Assembly (NCBI GenBank): GCA_902806335.1
Contig: CADCWG010000156.1
Location: forward strand, 8,803-72,802
From: an uncultured Thermomicrobiales bacterium
GTDB lineage: Bacteria > Chloroflexota > Chloroflexia > Thermomicrobiales > UBA6265
Reading direction: 5' to 3'
Length of the DNA stretch: 64,000 bases
Every line of letters begins with the position of its first letter. The first letter of the stretch is position 1. The notes under the pieces were generated by a model. The model had not been told where the DNA came from and did not search any database. It saw nothing but the letters and a program-made list of their open reading frames with translations. Shown here one piece after another: positions 45,061-55,127 of this stretch. Position numbers and translations under genes: made by a program.

Positions 45061-45918
45061 ATGGGCACGCTCTACCTCGTCGCCACCCCGATCGGTAACC
45101 GCGAGGACATCACGTCCCGGGCAGTCCGCGTGCTGCGCGAGGTCGCCCTCGTCGCCGCCGAGGACACCCGGCACACCGGGCGCCTGCTCGCCCACCTCGG
45201 CGTCGAGACGCCCCTGATCAGCTACCACGCCCACAACGAGCGGGCCAGACGCGACCGCCTGCTCGCGGCGCTCGCCGAGGGCGACGTGGCGCTCGTCAGC
45301 GACGCCGGCAGTCCCGGCATCTCCGACCCCGGGCACGACATGGTCGTCGCGGCCTTGGCGGCGGGTCACACCGTCTCGCCGGTGCCCGGACCCTCCTCGC
45401 TCGTCGCCGCCGCGACCGCGTCCGGGCTGATCGCGGGGCCGTTCGTGGCGCTGGGTTTCCTGCCCCGCAAGGGCGACGAGCGGCGGGCGATCATCGGCAG
45501 GGCCGCCGCAACCGGGTTCCCGATCGTCCTCTTCGAGGCACCGTCGAGGCTCGCGGTGACCCTCGCCGAGCTGGCCGCGGTGCTCGGCGACCGTCAGGCC
45601 GCGGTGGCGCGCGAACTGACGAAACTGCACGAGGAGATCCGGCGCGACGCGCTGTCGGCCCTGGCGGCGTTCTACGCCGACGCGCGGGTGCTCGGCGAGG
45701 TCGTACTTGTCGTCGGTGGGCCGCCGGCGGATGAAGAAACCGAGACGGTCGGCGGGGTCGAGGCCGTGCTCCGCTCGCTGCTGGCGGCGGGGCTGGGTCC
45801 GAGTCAGGCGGCGCGGGAGGCGGCCGCGGCGACGGGACGGCCTCGGTCGGAGCTCTACGCGCTGGCGAGGACGCTCGGCGCCGAGCATCCCGCCGAGCGG
45901 TCGTCCGCCCCGTCCTGA
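45061..45918 (+). CDS. rsmI: 16S rRNA (cytidine1402-2'-O)-methyltransferase
   Basis: LYLVATPIGN.EDIT, AEDTRHT, VSDAGSPGISDPG, ARELTKLHEE. Confidence 0.95.
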   Translation: MGTLYLVATPIGNREDITSRAVRVLREVALVAAEDTRHTGRLLAHLGVETPLISYHAHNERARRDRLLAALAEGDVALVSDAGSPGISDPGHDMVVAALAAGHTVSPVPGPSSLVAAATASGLIAGPFVALGFLPRKGDERRAIIGRAAATGFPIVLFEAPSRLAVTLAELAAVLGDRQAAVARELTKLHEEIRRDALSALAAFYADARVLGEVVLVVGGPPADEETETVGGVEAVLRSLLAAGLGPSQAAREAAAATGRPRSELYALARTLGAEHPAERSSAPS

Positions 45919-46216
45919 CGCGCCCCGGTGGTCCGCCACACCCCCACCGTGGGCGCGTGGAGTACCGTGCCTCTGTCGGCGGAGCACCGTTGACAGCTCA
46001 CCGGAGCTGATCCGAACACGAGGCTGGTCCGGCGAGGGGCCGGGGACGGCGCCCTCGGGACGCCGCGATAATGCGGCGTCTGGCGAGCGTTCCTTCGCGC
46101 CGCCGGCACTCAGGCGGTGCTCCTACCCACCCATTGGGTGGACTGCCATCGGAACGAAGCACGGGCCATGCGGCGTCGCAGTGCTGCCCAGGGAGCGCGT
46201 AGGGAGGGGTTCCGCC

Positions 46217-46504
46217 GTGTGGATGACCGAGAGCTTCGCGTCGGTCGAGCTGCTGGTCGCGTTCCTGAACGACCGCGGGCTGACCGGGGACGACTTCAAG
46301 CTGGCCGTGGCCCACGACGCGGCCGGAGCCGAGGTGTTCCACCTGCTCTACCGGCTGGCGCCCGGGGGAGGAGCGACGCTGGTCGCGGTCGCCGAGGTCG
46401 AGAGCCCGGCGCTGGAGGAGGCGCTGGCCGACGCGGTCGCCGGCGCCCTCGACGCCGCCGAGGCGATCATCCACGACCACGACCCCCGGCGGGAGACGAC
46501 CTAG
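46217..46504 (+). CDS. Small hypothetical protein
   Basis: RBS GGAGGGG then GTG; (V)WMTESFASVELLVAFLNDRGL; coding-like codon usage. Confidence 0.6.
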   Translation: MWMTESFASVELLVAFLNDRGLTGDDFKLAVAHDAAGAEVFHLLYRLAPGGGATLVAVAEVESPALEEALADAVAGALDAAEAIIHDHDPRRETT

Positions 46505-46660
46505 CAGATCGTCAGTAGGATGCCGCCGGTCGGGGTACGACATGCCGTGCCCCCACGGGCAACTGGGCACCCGAGGCGTCGCCGCGGCCGGGGCAGGAGC
46601 CCGAAGACGCCGTTGATTCCCGAGGTCGCGTCCCGGGACCGGTCTTAGCCGACGGCCGGA

Positions 46661-47836
46661 TCAGTGGGGCTGGAAGGCCAGCTTGCGGCGGTGCATCAGG
46701 ACGCTCTGGAGGATGCCCTCGGCCATCAGGAAAGCCCAGAGTGAGGTCGCGCCCTCGCTGATGAACGGGAGGGTGATCCCGGTCACGGGCAGGAGCCCGA
46801 CGTTCATCCCGATGTTCACGAAGGCCTGGAAGAAGAGCATCCCGGTGATGCCTATCGCCAGGTACTGGCCGAAGTCGTCGCGCGCGACCTCGACCACGCG
46901 CAGGCAGCGCCAGATCAGGATGATGAACGACGCGAAGAGCGCCAGCATCCCGACGAAGCCGAACATGCCGCTGACGTGGGCGAAGATGAAGTCCGACTCC
47001 CGCACCGACAGGAGTTGCAACTGGCTCTGCGTGCCACCGGCCAGACCGTCGCCGAACCAGCCGCCGGCGCCGATGCTGATCCGCCCCTGGATGATGTTGT
47101 ACCCCTTGTCGAGCGGGTCGAGGTCGGGGTTGTAGGACACGAGCAGGCGGACCTTCTGGTAGTCGTGGAAGAGATACTTCCAGGCGAAGGCGAAGGCGGG
47201 GGCGGCGAGGAGCGCCAGGGCGACGAAGTAGGCCCGCCGGGTCCGGGAGAGCAGCATCACGGCGAGCCAGATCGCGCCGTAGACCAGCGTCGAGCCGAGG
47301 TCGGGCTCGGAGAAGACGAGCGCCATCGGCGGCAGCATGATGAAGATCGAGACCAGGAAGTTGCCGAGTTCGGCCATCTCCGGGCCGCGGTTGGCGACGA
47401 ACGCGGAGAGCGCCACCAGCGTCGCGATCTTGCCGAACTCCGACGGCTGGAACGAGAGCGGTCCGATGTAGATCCAGCGCTGCGCGCCGCCGTCGGTCGT
47501 GCCGATCCCCGGGACGTGGACGGCCACCATCAGGAGCAGGCCGAGCCCGTAGCCGAACCAGGCAAAGGTCGACAGGAAGCGGTAGTCGATGTTGGCGAGG
47601 ACCACCATCAGGAGCAGCCCGAAGGCACCGAAGACGGCCTGCATGACACCGTCGTTGGCCACAGGAGGGGAGAGCGGCGCCATCCCCTTCGCGCTCCAGA
47701 TCGCGACGACCCCGAACGCCATCAGGACCAGGGTGGTCATGAGCAGGAACGGGTCGAAGTCGCGCCAGCGGTGCCCGATCGCCGGTGCCCGGGTGCCGGT
47801 GCTCGCCGCCCGCCAGCGGTACGTCTGGGTCGCCAA
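46661..47836 (-). CDS. rodA: SEDS family rod shape-determining protein RodA
   Basis: GAQRWI, FQPSEFGK, EPDLGS, GYNIIQ, SDFIFA, NIGMNVGLLPVTGITLPFIS. Confidence 0.92.
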   Translation of the reverse strand: MATQTYRWRAASTGTRAPAIGHRWRDFDPFLLMTTLVLMAFGVVAIWSAKGMAPLSPPVANDGVMQAVFGAFGLLLMVVLANIDYRFLSTFAWFGYGLGLLLMVAVHVPGIGTTDGGAQRWIYIGPLSFQPSEFGKIATLVALSAFVANRGPEMAELGNFLVSIFIMLPPMALVFSEPDLGSTLVYGAIWLAVMLLSRTRRAYFVALALLAAPAFAFAWKYLFHDYQKVRLLVSYNPDLDPLDKGYNIIQGRISIGAGGWFGDGLAGGTQSQLQLLSVRESDFIFAHVSGMFGFVGMLALFASFIILIWRCLRVVEVARDDFGQYLAIGITGMLFFQAFVNIGMNVGLLPVTGITLPFISEGATSLWAFLMAEGILQSVLMHRRKLAFQPH

Positions 47837-47926
47837 CGGTCGCCCTCCCGATCCTTGTGCCTAGATGGGCGCGGTCTCGGACCCCGCCCCGTCTCCGTCT
47901 GCGTGTCCAACGCGCCGAGGTGCGCG

Positions 47927-48862
47927 CTAGAGCACCACCACCTCGTTGATGCTGATGTGGAACGCGCACCCGAGCAGGGTGGCGGCGTGCCGGCTCATCA
48001 GCATCCGGGGCAGGAAGATCTCGAAGTACTCCATCACCGGCGCCATCTGCGTGTCGATGGTCAGCTCGAGCGTGACGGTCTTCGCCGCCGCGTCGACCCG
48101 CAGGAACGAGGACGTCGCCGCGAAGTTGACGCGGTCGTGCTGGTCGAAGGTGGTCGGGTCGGTGTTGCGGACGCGGGAGCGGTGGACGTCCGACTTGTCG
48201 GCCAGGATCAGGGCCGCCGAGACGGGGTGGACCGGCTCACCCAGACGCGCCCCGTCGTCGCCGTGCGAGCCGATCGCGCCGATCACGACAACGACATCTT
48301 CGGGGGCCATCCCCAGCCGGTTGAGGATGGGGTGCGACAGCACCGCGCCCGTCCCGGCGTGCCCGTGGCGGCTGACGCAATTGCCGATGTCGTGGAGGTA
48401 GCCGGCGATCGCCGCCAGCTCCTGCTGTCGCCCGTCGTAGCTCAGCAGCCGGAGCACGTTGCGGGCGATGTTGGCGACCAGGCCGACGTGGCGGAAGCCG
48501 TGCTCGGTGAACCCGAGCACGCCCAGGTTCTTGTTCGCCTGACGGATGAAGGCCTGGACCTCGGGGTCGGCACGGACGACGTCGAGGGTAAGGCTGGGCT
48601 CGGTGCGGGCCGCGGCGGCGGCCGTCTCCGGCGCGTCCGCGGTCTTGCGGTACTTCGGCTCGGCGCCGAGCGGTAGCACCGTCGGCGTGCCGTTCCCGCC
48701 GGGAGCGTCGCCGATCACCGGGCCGGCGTCATCGGGCCTCGCCGCGACGGCTCCGTCGGACGAGATGGTGGCGGCGGGGAGCAGGACGCCCGATCCGTTC
48801 TCGGCGACGGACGGGTCGTCGGGGGACGCGGCGGGACGATCCTCGGCGTGGGTGTTCGCCAT
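47927..48862 (-). CDS. HD-domain phosphohydrolase
   Basis: TEHGFRH, YLHDIGN, AIGSH, LILADKSDVHRSRV. Confidence 0.88.
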   Translation of the reverse strand: MANTHAEDRPAASPDDPSVAENGSGVLLPAATISSDGAVAARPDDAGPVIGDAPGGNGTPTVLPLGAEPKYRKTADAPETAAAAARTEPSLTLDVVRADPEVQAFIRQANKNLGVLGFTEHGFRHVGLVANIARNVLRLLSYDGRQQELAAIAGYLHDIGNCVSRHGHAGTGAVLSHPILNRLGMAPEDVVVVIGAIGSHGDDGARLGEPVHPVSAALILADKSDVHRSRVRNTDPTTFDQHDRVNFAATSSFLRVDAAAKTVTLELTIDTQMAPVMEYFEIFLPRMLMSRHAATLLGCAFHISINEVVVL

Positions 48863-49117
48863 GGGGCGCGTACTCTCCTCATGCGGGACGCGAACCACCA
48901 GTATAGGGGCCGTCCTGAGGAGGTCACAACCGGCGGCACCCGACGACGCCCGTCCGGCCCGATCCTCCCGGTCGGGCCACCCGCGCATGCCTCCACCAGG
49001 GGTAGCGATAGGCAGTGGTAAGATCGAGAGGAACGTTCAGAACGAAGCCGACGGTGACGGGTGGGTGCGTCCGCGGCGGGTGCGGGTCCCAGTCGCCATC
49101 GTGTCGGGAGGGCGATC

Positions 49118-49798
49118 ATGCCGGTCGTCGCCGACGCCCTTGACCTGATCTTCCTGGTCGCCTTCCTCACCGGGCTGCTGCTCACCGTCCTCGGCGGGTT
49201 GGGTGGCCACGGCCACGGTGCCTGGCACCTCCCGGTTCCGCACCCCCACGGCGCGGCCGGCGCTCACGGCCACGTCCTCGGCGCTCACGCGGGAGACGGG
49301 AACGCGGTCGGTCCGCTCAACGTCCTCAGTCTGTTCGCGGGGGGCGCCTGGTTCGGCGGCGTTGGCTTTCTCAGCCGCAACGCGTTCGGGGCTCCGGCCG
49401 TGGTCAGCGTTGCCCTCGGTGTGGTCGCCGGGCTGCTCATCGGATCGCTCGTCTACTGGTTCCTGGCCCGGGTCCTGGTACCGGCCGGTAGGGTCCTCGA
49501 CCCCGAGGACTACCGGATCCCGGGGACCGTCGCGCGGGTGAGCGCCCCGATCTCTCCCGGCCGGGTCGGGGAGATCGTCTACGAGCGGGACGGCACGCGG
49601 TGCGGGCTGCCGGCTCGCGGGGTCGGCGAGCGGGCGATCCCCCGTGGGGACGAGGTGGTCGTGCTCCGGGTAGAGCGGGGCATCGCGTCGGTCGAGAGCT
49701 GGGCCGCGCTCCTGAACGAGGAGCGTGACGCCGGCGGCGAGGTCCGCACCACGGGCGCTCCAAGCGTCGGCTCCTCCGCCGCCCCCGCGTCGGTGTAA
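49118..49798 (+). CDS. NfeD-like (YuaF-type) membrane protein with His-rich loop
   Basis: TM segments, WFGGVG, C-terminal OB fold (GEIVY...ARG...IPRGDEVVV). Confidence 0.82.
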   Translation: MPVVADALDLIFLVAFLTGLLLTVLGGLGGHGHGAWHLPVPHPHGAAGAHGHVLGAHAGDGNAVGPLNVLSLFAGGAWFGGVGFLSRNAFGAPAVVSVALGVVAGLLIGSLVYWFLARVLVPAGRVLDPEDYRIPGTVARVSAPISPGRVGEIVYERDGTRCGLPARGVGERAIPRGDEVVVLRVERGIASVESWAALLNEERDAGGEVRTTGAPSVGSSAAPASV

Positions 49799-49902
49799 GC
49801 CGGTCGACGCCGGCCACCCGGGCGCGGTCGATCCCATGCTGGCCCGCGGCTCGCGGTCGACCCCGACCGCGCCCGGGCCGCCCTGACGGAGGCAGGCCGG
49901 CC

Positions 49903-50523
49903 ATGCTGGTCGTCAACGACGCGCTCGACGGGTTGCTCCTCGGCTGCTTCTTCTTCGGGCTCCTCTTCGCGGTTGGGTCGGTCCTCCTCGCCGGGCTCGA
50001 CCTCGGCGGCGACGGCGCCGAGTCGGGCGGCGACGGCGACGGCGACATCGGGCCGGTCAACCTGAGTACCCTGCTCGCCTTCGTCGCCTGGTTCGGCGGG
50101 GTCGGCTACCTCGCCCGCAACGGGCTCGGCTGGGTCGCCCCGCTCAGCCTTCTGGTCGCGGTGGCCGGCGGTCTGGTCGGCGGCTACCTCGTCTACCAGT
50201 TCCTGGTCCGGGTGGTGGCTCCCTCCGACCGCGCGCTCGACCCCGCCGACTACGAACTCCCGGGAACCCTGGCCCGTGTCTCGTCGTCTATCCGAGAAGG
50301 CGGCACCGGCGAGATCGTCTACGAGCAGCAGGGGGCGCGGCAGGTCGCGGCCGCCCGCTCCACGGCCGGGCTGGCGATCGGGCGCGGGACCGAGGTCGTG
50401 ATCCTCGAGACCCGGGCCGGGATCGCGCTCGTCGAGCCGTGGGAGAGCCTCGTCAACGACGGCCGGACAGCCGAGATCGGCGTTCCCGAGCTGGCATCCA
50501 AGGAACCGATCCGAGGCGGCTAG
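49903..50523 (+). CDS. NfeD-like (YuaF-type) membrane protein with acidic loop
   Basis: Paralogue of the preceding gene (WFGGVG, GEIVY...ARS...IGRGTEVVI); directly upstream of flotillin. Confidence 0.85.
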   Translation: MLVVNDALDGLLLGCFFFGLLFAVGSVLLAGLDLGGDGAESGGDGDGDIGPVNLSTLLAFVAWFGGVGYLARNGLGWVAPLSLLVAVAGGLVGGYLVYQFLVRVVAPSDRALDPADYELPGTLARVSSSIREGGTGEIVYEQQGARQVAAARSTAGLAIGRGTEVVILETRAGIALVEPWESLVNDGRTAEIGVPELASKEPIRGG

Positions 50524-50593
50524 GCCGAAACCCCGTTCCAGAGCTGGAGACCACACGACCGAGCGACGCGCATGGACGTGAAGGGAGAGACGG

Positions 50594-52228
50594 GTGGACT
50601 TACTGGGGATCCTGATCATCGTCGGCGGTCTGGTGGCGGTGATCCTGGCGATCATCTTCATCAGCGCCACGCTCTTCCGGAAGGTCGGGCCGAACGAGGC
50701 GCTCGTCGTCTACGGCTTCGGCGGCACCAAGGTCGTCAAGGGCAGCGGCAAGGTCGTCTGGCCGATGGTCCAGCAGGCCCGCGGGCTCTCGCTCGAGCTG
50801 ATGAGCTTTGACGTCGCGCCGACTCAGGACCTCTACACGAACCAGGGCGTCGCGGTGAACGTCGAGGCCGTCGCCCAGATCAAGGTCAAGAGCGACCCGG
50901 TCAGCATCCTCACCGCCGCCGAGCAGTTCCTGAACAAGGGCGCGCCCGAGCGGCAGGACCTGATCCGCCTGGTGATGGAGGGCCACCTCCGCGGCATCAC
51001 CGGCCAGTTGACGGTCGAGTCGATCGTCAAGGAGCCGGAGATGGTCGCCGACCGGATGCGCGCCAACGTCGCCGAGGACATGAACAAGATGGGGTTGGAG
51101 GTGGTCTCCTTCACCATCCGCGAGGTCCGCGACAAGAACGAGTACATCCTGAACATGGGCAAGCCGGACATCGCCCTGGTCCGGCGGCAGGCCGACATCG
51201 CCACCGCCGAGGCGGATCGCGACACGGCGATCAAGCGCGCCAACGCGACCCGCGAAGCGCGGATCGCGGAGGCGATCGCCCAGCAGGACGAGGTCATCGC
51301 CCAGACGGCCAGCCAGACCAAGCAGGCCGAGGCGACGCGCGACCTGAACTTGAAGCAGGCCGAGTACAACGCCACGGTCCAGGCGCAGCAGGCCGCGGCC
51401 GACAAGGCCTACGAGATCCAGAGCAACGTCCAGCAGCAGCGCGTGATCGAGGAACAGGTGCGGATCGAGCAGGTCCGCAAGCACGGCGAGATCGCGGTCC
51501 AGGAGGCCGAGATCCAGCGCCGCGAGAAGGAGTTGATCGCCACCGTCCTGAAGGCCGCCGAGGTCGAGCGGCAGCGGATCCAGACGCTCGCCGAGGCCGA
51601 GCGCCAGCGGCAGGTCCTCCAGGCCTCCGGCCAGGCCGAGGCGGTCCGCCTCGACGGCCAGGCGAAGGCGGAGATCGTCCGGCTGCAGGGCCTCGCTGAG
51701 GCCGAGATCATCCAGGCCAAGGGCGCCGCCGAAGCCAACGCGATGGGCGTGAAGGCCGAGGCGTTCCAGGACTACAACCAGGCCGCGGTGATCGACAAGC
51801 TGCTCACGAACATGCCGGACGTGATCCGCGCCATGTCGGAGCCGCTGGCCAAGGTCGACAAGATCACCATCGTCTCCACCGGGAACGACGGCGGCGGGGC
51901 CGGGGTGAACCGGGTGACGTCGGACATGACGCAGATGGTGGCGCAGGTGCCGGCGCTGCTCGAGTCGCTGACCGGCGTCCGGATGGAGGACCTGATGCGC
52001 CAGGTGCCGCGGATCGGTGCCGGCGAGGGTGCCGACGGCGCGGCGTCGGGAGCCTCGGCGGGGAACGGGGGTGTACCGGTCGACGGGGTTGCCCGTTCGT
52101 CGGTCCCCGCCGCGCCGCCCTCCGTTCGCCGGTCATCGGCCGGGACCGAGCGAGCGCGCCCGGGGAACGGCAAGCCGGCCGGCGGCGAGACGGTGGTGAC
52201 GCTGCCCGCGGACCCGACCATCGGCTGA
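50594..52228 (+). CDS. Flotillin (SPFH domain plus AEA coiled coil, FloT-like)
   Basis: KVGPNEALVVYG, MEGHLRGI, MGLEVVSFTI, AEAE repeats, PLAKVDKITIV. Confidence 0.95.
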   Translation: MDLLGILIIVGGLVAVILAIIFISATLFRKVGPNEALVVYGFGGTKVVKGSGKVVWPMVQQARGLSLELMSFDVAPTQDLYTNQGVAVNVEAVAQIKVKSDPVSILTAAEQFLNKGAPERQDLIRLVMEGHLRGITGQLTVESIVKEPEMVADRMRANVAEDMNKMGLEVVSFTIREVRDKNEYILNMGKPDIALVRRQADIATAEADRDTAIKRANATREARIAEAIAQQDEVIAQTASQTKQAEATRDLNLKQAEYNATVQAQQAAADKAYEIQSNVQQQRVIEEQVRIEQVRKHGEIAVQEAEIQRREKELIATVLKAAEVERQRIQTLAEAERQRQVLQASGQAEAVRLDGQAKAEIVRLQGLAEAEIIQAKGAAEANAMGVKAEAFQDYNQAAVIDKLLTNMPDVIRAMSEPLAKVDKITIVSTGNDGGGAGVNRVTSDMTQMVAQVPALLESLTGVRMEDLMRQVPRIGAGEGADGAASGASAGNGGVPVDGVARSSVPAAPPSVRRSSAGTERARPGNGKPAGGETVVTLPADPTIG

Positions 52229-52285
52229 CGGTCGCGGGCGGTCGGCACGGCTCGACACGGGCGCCGCGCGCTCCCGACGACACCG

Positions 52286-52322
52286 AGCACGGCCCCGCCG
52301 GGACCCCCGGCGGGGCCGTGCT
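52286..52322. terminator. Perfect 17-bp hairpin after the flotillin operon
   Basis: AGCACGGCCCCGCCGGG-ACC-CCCGGCGGGGCCGTGCT. Confidence 0.55.
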
Positions 52323-52423
52323 ACCCTTAAGCGACGGTCGCCGACCAGGCGGTCATGTGGGCGATCCCGCGTCGATTCTGGACTGCTCGCCCACGGGTCC
52401 ACAGGGAAGAGGGAACTGAGCAG

Positions 52424-52990
52424 ATGGCCGGCGACCCGTTCGAGGCGCTCTCCAACGCCGATCTTGACGCACAGCGCCTTCGTGTCGAAGCAGTGGGCGA
52501 ACCCGGGCAGCGGCGCTTCCGCCTGATGGCGATCATCGACGGCGAGACGAGCATCGTCTGGATGGAGAAGCAGCAGCTCCAGGCGCTGGGACTGGCGCTC
52601 GACCAGATGCTCGACCAGCTGCCGGAGCGGGGCCCGGACCTCGGCGCGGCCGACGTTCCGCTCGACTTCGACACCGACACCCGCCGCCAGTTCCGGGTCG
52701 GCAAGATGGAGCTGGGCTACGACGAGCGCCGGGACCGCCTGGTGATCGTCGCCCACGACCTCAACGCCGACGACGAGGACGACGCGCCGTCCAGCCGCCT
52801 CAGCTGCCGGCTGACCCGGTCCCAGGCGCGGGAACTGAGCGTCGACGCGGCCCAGGTGGTCGCGGCCGGGCGACCGCGCTGCACCATGTGCGGCGCGCCG
52901 ATGGGCCCGGGGCGCCACGTCTGCCCGCAGCAGAACGGCCACCTCCCGCAGGCGCTGGTCGAGCTCGAATCGGAGATCGAGGAAGAATAG
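52424..52990 (+). CDS. DUF3090 family protein
   Basis: AVGEPGQRRF, EKQQLQAL, FRVGKMELGYD, VVAAGRPRCTMCGAPM...HVCPQQNGH. Confidence 0.88.
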   Translation: MAGDPFEALSNADLDAQRLRVEAVGEPGQRRFRLMAIIDGETSIVWMEKQQLQALGLALDQMLDQLPERGPDLGAADVPLDFDTDTRRQFRVGKMELGYDERRDRLVIVAHDLNADDEDDAPSSRLSCRLTRSQARELSVDAAQVVAAGRPRCTMCGAPMGPGRHVCPQQNGHLPQALVELESEIEEE

Positions 52991-53034
52991 CGTCGGCCCA
53001 TCCAGGGTTGGGCCGCCACGAAGGATCTGGCGCG

Positions 53035-53063
53035 GCGGGGACGGGGCATTGCCCCGTCCCCGC
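53035..53063. repeat. REP-like perfect palindrome
   Basis: GCGGGGACGGGGCA-T-TGCCCCGTCCCCGC. Confidence 0.5.
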
Positions 53064-53608
53064 GGTCGTGTTCGGGGCGCCACTCCGCGCGTCACCGGGC
53101 GGCGAGCGTCGCCGACGGTGTGCCCGGCGCCGCTGCGGCGGACGTCCTGGAACAGACGAGTCCGTGCCGCCCTGGGGACGCCCAGTCGCCCGGGCGATCC
53201 ATCGCCGAGGCGGACGAGCCGGCTCCCCTGGCCCCGGCCCAGCCAAGCCGAGCCTTCCGGTTGGCGGGAGCCGCGTCGTTCGGCGGCTCCCACCCCACGT
53301 AGACCACCAAGTCCAGCGCACGGCTCTGGGACTGACGTCCTGCGCGCTCCCGGTCCGACGGTCGTGACCGTGGCCCACCGACCAGCACTGAATCCGGCGG
53401 TTGCCTACCTGGGGAGGCCGCGATGCCCGGGCTGACCGACTGTTGCCCCGGCAGAGATACCGGCTGGCTCCCCACCACTACCTAGTGCCGTCCGGATACC
53501 TACGCATCCCGAATACACCGATCTACCGATGGCGCACCGCGCGGGGGGGCCTAGATTAGGACCCAATGACGGCAGATCTGGACAGACCCTGGTACCGAGG
53601 AGACGCCG

Positions 53609-54967
53609 ATGCGTCGTTCTCGGTTCCCATTCGGAGCGGTGCGGGCGGTGGCCACGGTGACGGTGGGTGAGACGGGCGACACGATGAGCGGCCAGGGTGG
53701 ACCCGAGATGGCGGCGATGGAGGACACGGTCGGGCCCGGTCCGGCGCGGACCGGGCCGTCCGCCGGCTCCCGCCTGGGTCTGGCGGTGCGGGTGGGACTC
53801 CTGATCGCCTCCCTCGCGGTCCTGCTCGCCTGGGTCGGCCGGCCGCGGTCGTCGGCGGGGTCGGAGCCGGAGGACGGGTTGGAGCACCTGATCCGGTCCT
53901 CGGTCTTCCTGCTGGCCGGGAGCGATTGCCGCTATCCGGTTGTAGAGGCCCCGGAGGGTGCGCCCGCGGAGGTGCCGAGCTACGCGGCGATGTTCTCCAC
54001 CTGCGGCGGCGGCTGGACGGGGTCCGGCACGATCGTCGACGATGCCGGCACCATCCTCACCAACGCCCACGTGGCGCTCGAGGGCGACGGGGTCGCGGCG
54101 CGGCCGGCGTGGGTGCTCGTCTACCTCACCGTCGATGCCCGGCAGGCGCCACGGCCAGCCTTCTACGCCCGGGCCCAGGTCTTCGACCCGGCACTCGACC
54201 TGGCGCTGCTTCGCCCCGAGTATGACCTGGACGGGCGCGCCGTCGACCTCGCCGCGCACGACCTCCGGCCGCTCCCGATCGCCGAGTCCGAGGTCGCCTT
54301 CGGCGAGGAGATCCGGAACATCGGCTATCCCGGGATCGGTGGCGACCTGATCACCCTGACCAGCGGCCGCGTCGCCGGGTTCGAGGCCGACCCGGCGAAC
54401 GCCAGCCTCGGCAGCGACGGCTGGGTGAAGACCGACGCCACGCTCGGCGGGGGCGTCTCCGGCGGCACGTCGATCAACGCGAAGGGCGAGCTCGTCGGGA
54501 TCCCGACCGAGATCGGGGGGGTCGAGAGCCGCCCGCTCGGGGAGGCCGGCGTGGATGTGGCGGTCGGTCAGATCAATCACCTCCGGCCCGCCGCGGCCGG
54601 TCTGCGGGAGCTCTACGGACGCGCGGTCGCGAGCGGGCAGATCGCGCACGAGGACGTCCCGGCCCGGTGGCGGTCGGACACCCCCGTTCTGCCAGCGACG
54701 CCCTCCTCGCAGGACGAGGTCAGCCCGACCGCGACGGTGGCCGAGGGCGGAGAGACCATGCCCGTCAGCGAGGTCGGCGGCGATGCTGGCACTAGGGTGT
54801 TCCCCAGGCGGGTGAGCGGCGTCGTGCCGGCCGCCACGGTCGCCGCCCTCGGGAGCGATCCCGCGTACCGGATCTCCGGCGAGGTCGGCGGTCCCGGGGC
54901 GCCAGGCGTCCACGGCAGGCTGAGCGATCCGTTCGCCCACGCCCCCCCCGATCTCTCGGCGGCGTAA
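53609..54967 (+). CDS. Membrane-anchored trypsin-like (S1) serine protease
   Basis: TM segment; TGSGTIV, LTNAHV, DLALL, IGYPG, GVSGG; start uncertain. Confidence 0.82.
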   Translation: MRRSRFPFGAVRAVATVTVGETGDTMSGQGGPEMAAMEDTVGPGPARTGPSAGSRLGLAVRVGLLIASLAVLLAWVGRPRSSAGSEPEDGLEHLIRSSVFLLAGSDCRYPVVEAPEGAPAEVPSYAAMFSTCGGGWTGSGTIVDDAGTILTNAHVALEGDGVAARPAWVLVYLTVDARQAPRPAFYARAQVFDPALDLALLRPEYDLDGRAVDLAAHDLRPLPIAESEVAFGEEIRNIGYPGIGGDLITLTSGRVAGFEADPANASLGSDGWVKTDATLGGGVSGGTSINAKGELVGIPTEIGGVESRPLGEAGVDVAVGQINHLRPAAAGLRELYGRAVASGQIAHEDVPARWRSDTPVLPATPSSQDEVSPTATVAEGGETMPVSEVGGDAGTRVFPRRVSGVVPAATVAALGSDPAYRISGEVGGPGAPGVHGRLSDPFAHAPPDLSAA

Positions 54968-55038
54968 TCCCGCGCTCCGTCGTGGCGTCGGAGCGGTCCG
55001 GTGGGCTGGCCAATCGCCGGGGACCGGTACGCTGTCGC

Positions 55039-55068
55039 TTGACACCCATGGCATCGGCTGCGTAGGAT
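55039..55068 (+). promoter_or_regulatory. ilv-leu operon promoter
   Basis: TTGACA-18 bp-TAGGAT. Confidence 0.7.
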
Positions 55069-55127
55069 GGGAAGGTCGAGGGCGGGCAAGCGGGCCGGCC
55101 CCAGCGCGAACAGGGGAGGACGCCGCC

